Below are positions 58,299-64,000 of a stretch of DNA of 64,000 bases, one piece after another. Every line of letters starts with the position of its first letter. Positions within the stretch are counted from its first letter, which is position 1. Origin of the DNA: Halobacteriovoraceae bacterium. Lineage in GTDB: Bacteria; Bdellovibrionota; Bacteriovoracia; Bacteriovoracales; Bacteriovoracaceae. Under the pieces are notes generated by a model. That model had not been told where the DNA came from. It ran no database searches and saw only the letters and a list, made by a program, of their open reading frames with translations. The position numbers were made by a program, and so were the translations under genes. The stretch is taken from NCBI GenBank assembly GCA_963719505.1, contig CAVRCF010000005.1:96001-160000 (forward strand), read 5' to 3'.

Positions 58299-60035
58299 AT
58301 GCTATTTTCTGAAATTTCTAAACGTTACCCAAAAAAGTTTAATAAAACTGCCGCTTACACTATTGCCAATAAGATCTTTGACTTGGCCCCGCCTTTTCTG
58401 ATCGGTGTTGCTGTGGATATTGTGGTAAAAAGAGATCAAAGTCTGGTGGCAAGTCTTGGTATAAAGGACTCATGGGATCAACTTCTTTTTGTCTCACTTC
58501 TTACAGTTATTGTTTGGGTATTGGAGTCCTTTTTTGAGTATCTTATGTCGGTGGGATGGAAAGAGCTGGCCCAAACAGTTCAACACGATTTTCGAGAACT
58601 CGCTTTTAGACACACCTTAAATCTTGATCTCTCCCAGGTGGAACAAAAGTCATCTGGTGAATTAATGTCTATTCTCAATGATGATGTAAATCAACTGGAG
58701 CGGTTTTTAAATATAGGAGCTTATTCTCTTATTCAGTTAGGTGTGACGATTTTAATTATCGGAGGGGCTTTTTTCTATCTTGCACCACAAGTTGCTCTTT
58801 ACGGTGTGCTTCCCATTCCTTTTATCATTTGGGGAAGTCTTCGCTTTCAAAAATTTCTTGAACCCAAATATAAAAAAGTTCGCGACAATGTAGGGCTTCT
58901 CAATACTGAGTTTTCAAATTCAATTCAAGGAATGCAAACCATTAAAGCTTTCGCTTGTGAAAAATTTGAAGCCCAAAAAATATCAAAATACTCGAGCTCT
59001 TATATGGATGCCAATTATTCGGCCATTAAAGTTTCTAGCCTCTTTACTCCTTTAATTCGTATGCTTATCCTTTGTGGATTTCTTGTGAATCTTCTTTATG
59101 GAGGTTATCTATGTCTCAATGGACAACTTGAAGTGGGAACTTATTCTATTTTGATTTTTATGATTCAGCGCCTGCTTTGGCCTTTGACAAGTTTAGGCCA
59201 GATGCTTGATCTGTATCAGCGCTCAAATGCTTCTTATAATAGAATTGCTAATCTTTTAAAAATTAAATACAGCATCTTTTCAAACGAGGAAAAATTTCCA
59301 AGCGGCGATCATACGATTAAAGTGTCAAATATTAATTTTAGTTATAGTGAAAGAGAGAGCTTGTTTGAAAATTTAAGTCTAGAAATTGAGCACAATAAAA
59401 CGATTGGTCTTGTTGGAGGGACTGGTTCTGGAAAGTCCACCATCACAAAACTTTTATTAAGATTCTATGATGTGAATTCAGGCAGTATCACTCTTGGCGG
59501 AGTGGAGCTTTCCAAATTTAATTTGGATTCTTTAAGATCGAGTATCGGTTATGTTGGGCAAGACGTTTATCTTTTTCACGGAACGATTAGGGAGAATATT
59601 CTCTACGCCGACCCATCGATGACGGATGAGGAGCTTATTAAGATTTCAAAACTCTCAGAAGCTCATGACTTTATCACAAAGCTTCCTATGGGGTATGATA
59701 CTGTTGTTGGAGAAAGGGGCTATAGACTCTCCGGTGGACAAAGACAGAGGATCTCGATTGCTCGTGCTCTTATTAAGAACCCTCCGATACTTATTTTAGA
59801 TGAAGCCACAAGTGCCGTTGATAATGAAACCGAAGCGGCCATTCAGCGCTCGCTTAAAAAGTTAAAGTCAGGCAGAACGACCATCGTTATCGCCCACAGA
59901 CTTTCAACTATCGTTGATGCAGACAAAATATTTGTCCTTGACCATGGCTCAGTTGTGCAAAGTGGATCCCATAGAGACCTTATAGCCTCTGAGGGATTGT
60001 ACAAAGATCTTTGGAGTGTTCAGACAGGTGCTTAG
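58299..60035 (+). CDS. ABC exporter, fused permease/ATPase
   Basis: TM domain + GGTGSGKST, LSGGQRQR, ILDEATS. Confidence 0.95.
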   Translation: MLFSEISKRYPKKFNKTAAYTIANKIFDLAPPFLIGVAVDIVVKRDQSLVASLGIKDSWDQLLFVSLLTVIVWVLESFFEYLMSVGWKELAQTVQHDFRELAFRHTLNLDLSQVEQKSSGELMSILNDDVNQLERFLNIGAYSLIQLGVTILIIGGAFFYLAPQVALYGVLPIPFIIWGSLRFQKFLEPKYKKVRDNVGLLNTEFSNSIQGMQTIKAFACEKFEAQKISKYSSSYMDANYSAIKVSSLFTPLIRMLILCGFLVNLLYGGYLCLNGQLEVGTYSILIFMIQRLLWPLTSLGQMLDLYQRSNASYNRIANLLKIKYSIFSNEEKFPSGDHTIKVSNINFSYSERESLFENLSLEIEHNKTIGLVGGTGSGKSTITKLLLRFYDVNSGSITLGGVELSKFNLDSLRSSIGYVGQDVYLFHGTIRENILYADPSMTDEELIKISKLSEAHDFITKLPMGYDTVVGERGYRLSGGQRQRISIARALIKNPPILILDEATSAVDNETEAAIQRSLKKLKSGRTTIVIAHRLSTIVDADKIFVLDHGSVVQSGSHRDLIASEGLYKDLWSVQTGA

Positions 60036-60036
60036 C

Positions 60037-60555
60037 TTAAAGAGCTGGTTCTTTTTGCATTAAGCCCTCGATCGTTTTTTCGAGTTCTATTATTTTCATT
60101 TTTAATTGGTGATTGGTCTCTTCTGTTGGAATGAGCTGAGATTTAAAACTTTCGACAACTTTTGACCTTAACTCTTCTATTGTAAAGGGCTTTGTTAAAT
60201 AGGCACTGGCCCCAAGTTTAGAAGATAAAATATGATCGTCTATGGAAACACTTCCCGTTAATACAAGCAGTGGAATATTTCTATACGATTTTTTAGACTC
60301 TCTGATGGCCTTCAGTAGCATATCACCCGAGCCATCTGGCAATTTTTTATCAGCAATAATAAAATCGATTTTGTTTTGAACGATAAGCTGCTTGGCTTCT
60401 TTAAGGGTCGAAGCATGGAAGTAATTACCGTTGAAGCCAATAACCAAAAGGTTTTCTTCAATAATCTCTGCAATATCTGATTCATCTTCAATGAGTAAAA
60501 TGTTGATTTGAGTTGGTAGGATAAGATCTTCTAACTTGATATAACTTGCCTTCAT
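60037..60555 (-). CDS. Response regulator receiver protein with short coiled-coil tail
   Basis: LLIEDE, DKKLPDGSG, LTG, YLTKPF. Confidence 0.92.
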   Translation of the reverse strand: MKASYIKLEDLILPTQINILLIEDESDIAEIIEENLLVIGFNGNYFHASTLKEAKQLIVQNKIDFIIADKKLPDGSGDMLLKAIRESKKSYRNIPLLVLTGSVSIDDHILSSKLGASAYLTKPFTIEELRSKVVESFKSQLIPTEETNHQLKMKIIELEKTIEGLMQKEPAL

Positions 60556-60656
60556 GCACCACCTTATAGCATATTGGTTTTTTCTACATATTTATTATTC
60601 AGTGCTTTTATAAAAGATGCAATATATTAAGAAAATTTAATGCTCTAAAATTTTCT

Positions 60657-61586
60657 TTAGCATCGAGGGTGTGAAGATGCTCTATAATTAAAGATAAATG
60701 GAATCTTTATAATCTTCCCTTCATCTTTAAATTGAACCCACATTTTTTGAAGTCCCGGTTTCATTTGATTTTGATCGTGAAAATTAAATCTTAATATATG
60801 ATCATAAACTCGCTCACTTGTTCCATCTTCTTCAAGAATAAAAGGACTATGCATATGAGCAAAAGGCATTTTTCCATTCATGGAAGACATATAGTTCTCA
60901 CTTAGCCACACCGAGTGAGCGGCTTCACTGAGCCAAGGCTGAAAGTCGAGCATTTCAACATACTCCACTGTGTCGTGCTTATAAATCTCAACTTCAAAAT
61001 AGACGATATTACCTGAACAACCCGAGAGTTGACGGTGGGAAAAAACTGTCTTGTATCTGGGAGTCGACTCATTTTCTCTTTTGAAAAATTTGGTAATGAC
61101 TCCATTGACCTCATGATCAGCTTGTAGCGCTTGATCTGTATTATTGCCGTGAGCATGAAGCATCATATGATCCATTCTCATGCCGATGCCTTTAACAATA
61201 ACGTCTGTCATAACCATATACATTCCTGCGCTATCAATGGCTTGTGAGACATCTTGGTTGTCAGGGTCTTGATAGGGAAGATTAAGTGTCAAAGAAAAGC
61301 GACCAGTGGTGGGATCGAAATAGGGGTGAACATGTTTAAACTGGGATAAGTCTTTTTTGGCAATAACCATATGCATGTACTTTCCGTGCATAAGCTTAAA
61401 GTCTGTATAAACCGTCTGATCTTTGGGGTTGGTAAAGAAAACTTCAATGACAATGGGGGCGCCAGGCATGACCATAACATGATGGGTGGTCACGGCTTTT
61501 CCATTGACGAAAAAGTGAGATTTGAAGTCTGAAGTTTCAGCGTATAAGGCAGAAGTTAAAAGGAGCATTAAGCATAATATTTTCAT
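60657..61586 (-). CDS. Secreted His/Met-rich protein, putative metal-binding
   Basis: Signal peptide; HGKYMH, FKHVHP, AAH, FAHMH. Confidence 0.7.
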   Translation of the reverse strand: MKILCLMLLLTSALYAETSDFKSHFFVNGKAVTTHHVMVMPGAPIVIEVFFTNPKDQTVYTDFKLMHGKYMHMVIAKKDLSQFKHVHPYFDPTTGRFSLTLNLPYQDPDNQDVSQAIDSAGMYMVMTDVIVKGIGMRMDHMMLHAHGNNTDQALQADHEVNGVITKFFKRENESTPRYKTVFSHRQLSGCSGNIVYFEVEIYKHDTVEYVEMLDFQPWLSEAAHSVWLSENYMSSMNGKMPFAHMHSPFILEEDGTSERVYDHILRFNFHDQNQMKPGLQKMWVQFKDEGKIIKIPFIFNYRASSHPRC

Positions 61587-61692
61587 CTAAATACCGTAGC
61601 AGTTTTGTTTTAAATTAACTTCTCAAATGATCTTACATGTATTTACATTTGAGCTGAATACTAAGGATAATAAGAAGAAATGGAGTTTTTTT

Positions 61693-62877
61693 ATGATAAC
61701 AAAGATGTTGGTTTTATCCCTTCTGTGCCTAAATTCGTTTGCCAGTGGTTTTAATGTTTCAAATTCGGAAAATGCTAAGCTTGAAAGTGGACTTGACCTC
61801 ACCAGTGGCGCTGTTAGGGCCAGAAAAGGAAATGATATTTGGGGCTGGACCGATACCCAATCAAATAAAGAGTACGTTATTATGGGGCTGGATTCCAAAA
61901 CCTCATTTGTCGATGTAACAGACCCAAAAAAACCTCTGCATCTGGCTGACCTAAAGACGGCGACGATCTCTTCAGCTTGGAGAGATATAAAGATCTATAA
62001 GCACTACGCCTATATTGTGAGTGAGGCTTGGAGCCACGGAATTCAAATTTTTGACCTGCACAGACTAAGATCTATGACGGGCAAAAAAGTTGAAAAAGTA
62101 GACGCCGATGCTAGAAATAAAGACTTTGGAAGCGCTCATAATATTTTTATCAACACAGACTCGGGCTTTGCCTATGCCGTTGGTGCTAAAACCTGTGATG
62201 GTGGTCTGCATATTATGGACCTTAAGGATCCTCTGAAGCCAAAATTTGTCAACTGTGTCGGCAGAGGGGTCTATGAGATTCCAACCAAACACGGTGACGC
62301 TTACACCCACGACGTTCAATGTGTTATTTACAGCGGTCCAGATATTAAATTCCTAGGCCAAGAGATCTGTGTCTCTTCAAATGAAGATACGGTAAATATC
62401 GTTAACGTCACTGATAAAAATAAGCCTTATCAAATAAGTGCGGCCAGTTATGATGGGGTTAAATACACTCACCAAGGCTGGTTGACTGAAGATCATAAGT
62501 ACTTTCTTTTAGGGGATGAGCTGGATGAGCAAAAGTTTGGAACCAACACCAAGACCTTTATCTGGGATTTTAGTGACCTTTCAAATCCAAAAAACTTTGC
62601 CGTTTTTGAGCATAATTCAAAGGCCATTGATCACAATATGTATGTAAAAGGAAATTACGTCTATCAGGCAAACTACAATGCAGGTCTTCGAATCCTCGAT
62701 CTTACTAATATTGCATCAGGGACTATAACTGAGGCCGGATTCCTAGATACTATGCCCAAAGATGATGGAGCTGTTTTTGAGGGAGTTTGGTCGGTATTTC
62801 CTTACTTTGACTCTGGAACGGTTGCGATTTCTGGAATTAATGGAGTGTTGTACCTAACAAGACCCACTCTTAAGTAA
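61693..62877 (+). CDS. Choice-of-anchor B / LVIVD-repeat secreted protein
   Basis: NDIWGWTD, WRDIK, HQGWLTED, IDHN.YV, WSVFPYF; signal peptide from ATG 61693. Confidence 0.85.
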   Translation: MITKMLVLSLLCLNSFASGFNVSNSENAKLESGLDLTSGAVRARKGNDIWGWTDTQSNKEYVIMGLDSKTSFVDVTDPKKPLHLADLKTATISSAWRDIKIYKHYAYIVSEAWSHGIQIFDLHRLRSMTGKKVEKVDADARNKDFGSAHNIFINTDSGFAYAVGAKTCDGGLHIMDLKDPLKPKFVNCVGRGVYEIPTKHGDAYTHDVQCVIYSGPDIKFLGQEICVSSNEDTVNIVNVTDKNKPYQISAASYDGVKYTHQGWLTEDHKYFLLGDELDEQKFGTNTKTFIWDFSDLSNPKNFAVFEHNSKAIDHNMYVKGNYVYQANYNAGLRILDLTNIASGTITEAGFLDTMPKDDGAVFEGVWSVFPYFDSGTVAISGINGVLYLTRPTLK

Positions 62878-62945
62878 ATCTTTCAATTTGGTTTTTTTTC
62901 ATCTAGGGGTTTGTTAGTCTGACTAAACAAAATTACCCCTGGAGC

Positions 62946-63524
62946 ATGAAAATGAGTTTAAAAAAACCGATTATTCTTTTACTGGCCCTCTTCTCACTGA
63001 GCGCATTTGCCGGGCTAAACCTGCATGTAATTGACGAAGATCCCGAAACTGGCTTTGCCATATATAGAACCTCAAAACCCGATAGTGAAGGAATGCGTGA
63101 ACTTTGTAATAAAGGCATCACCGAAATTATGGTTATGAGCGGAAATGCCTCTGAATACGAGGACTTCTACTCATCCGATTGTCCTAATCTTAAAGTAACC
63201 TACAATAAACAAATGAAGGCGAAGGTGCCCATGTCTGCAAGCTTTTTAAAAGAGTTTGATGCTTGGGTAGAAGACGCTCAAAAAAATGGAAAGAAGATCG
63301 CCTTTAGATGTAACTGCGGATGCCACAGAACGGGGCGACTTGCGGCGTACTACCAGATGAAATACCAAAGGCTTTCGGCCATTGATGCTAAGATTATTAT
63401 GAAAAAGCATGGAAAATTTATGTTTCTTTTTCCTTATCTAAAGCCACAGGTTGATGCACTTAAAGACTATATTATGGGACGAGAGTGTTCCACAAAACAA
63501 AAATACTGTGTTCGCGACCTATGA
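62946..63524 (+). CDS. Secreted protein-tyrosine/dual-specificity phosphatase-like protein
   Basis: Signal peptide; IYRTSKP; CX5R P-loop CNCGCHRTG. Confidence 0.75.
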   Translation: MKMSLKKPIILLLALFSLSAFAGLNLHVIDEDPETGFAIYRTSKPDSEGMRELCNKGITEIMVMSGNASEYEDFYSSDCPNLKVTYNKQMKAKVPMSASFLKEFDAWVEDAQKNGKKIAFRCNCGCHRTGRLAAYYQMKYQRLSAIDAKIIMKKHGKFMFLFPYLKPQVDALKDYIMGRECSTKQKYCVRDL

Positions 63525-63614
63525 AATAAATCTTAATCTTCAGCGACAGCGACCACAGATAAAACCCTAAAATTCTCCGTTTCATATTGGGCAAAAAACC
63601 TCTACACTAGAACA

Positions 63615-64000
63615 GTGAAAAGATGTTATTTGGACGCGATATTCTTTAGTCTCATGGTGGGGCTTGGTGAAACCTATTTTGTGGCCTATGCTATTAAACT
63701 TGGTTTCTCCGATCTTCAAGCAAGTCTCCTTGCGACTTTACCCATGGTGATTGGTGGTGTCTTTCAGCTGTTTGTCCCCAATATAATAAATTTCATTGGC
63801 TCCTACAAGATTTGGACTGTCGGGGGAGCCTTTCTTCAAGCTTTAAGCTTTGTTCCTTTATTTTTAGAATTTGAAATCGTTAAGACTAATTATTGGTTTC
63901 TCTTTTTTATCGTGACCTTGTACTGGATATTTAACTTAGGGATCGGTCCATCTTGGAATACTTGGATTTCAAAGATTATTGATAGAGAAGACCTCGATGA
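63615..64000 (+). CDS. MFS transporter, partial (runs off window; start uncertain)
   Basis: Hand translation: DAIFFSLMVGLGETYFVAYAIKLG...PSWNTWISKII, multiple TMs. Confidence 0.8.
   Translation, partial: MKRCYLDAIFFSLMVGLGETYFVAYAIKLGFSDLQASLLATLPMVIGGVFQLFVPNIINFIGSYKIWTVGGAFLQALSFVPLFLEFEIVKTNYWFLFFIVTLYWIFNLGIGPSWNTWISKIIDREDLD

Overview
The window has two parts. (1) Positions 1-~32.27 kb are the right-hand part of an apparently intact temperate myovirus prophage that abuts the 3' end of a minus-strand tRNA(CAT) gene (32267-32343). The integrase and the other att site must lie left of the window. It carries a leftward early operon (Cro-like, ERF, YqaJ, Lar-like, replication initiator) and a cI-like repressor. 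Rightward follow a RusA-like resolvase, two tandem sigma-factor-like genes, an unannotated CsrA-like ORF, terminases, a Mu-like head/contractile tail/baseplate module with a -1 frameshift tail chaperone, and a lysis module. The prophage ends with an unannotated small-peptide/antisense locus that looks like a type I toxin-antitoxin system. The most unusual signal is that three distal tail genes (post-spike protein, tail fibre and its partner) all carry Sec-type signal peptides and even numbers of cysteines, suggesting extracytoplasmic, disulfide-dependent maturation of virion parts. (2) Positions 32.4-64 kb are host chromosome: tilS-ftsH-folP, a subtilase, an amino-acid symporter, a giant secreted Cys-rich protein behind a sigma28-like promoter, namZ, thyA-folA, and an Agl/Glt-type gliding-motility cluster bracketed by two DHFR paralogues, whose vWA lipoprotein gene is frameshifted at a G run. 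Transport and secreted-enzyme genes follow. Gene content suggests a low-GC Bdellovibrionota (Bacteriovoracia-like) predator; this is inference. All family calls are from motif recognition and synteny, with no database searches.
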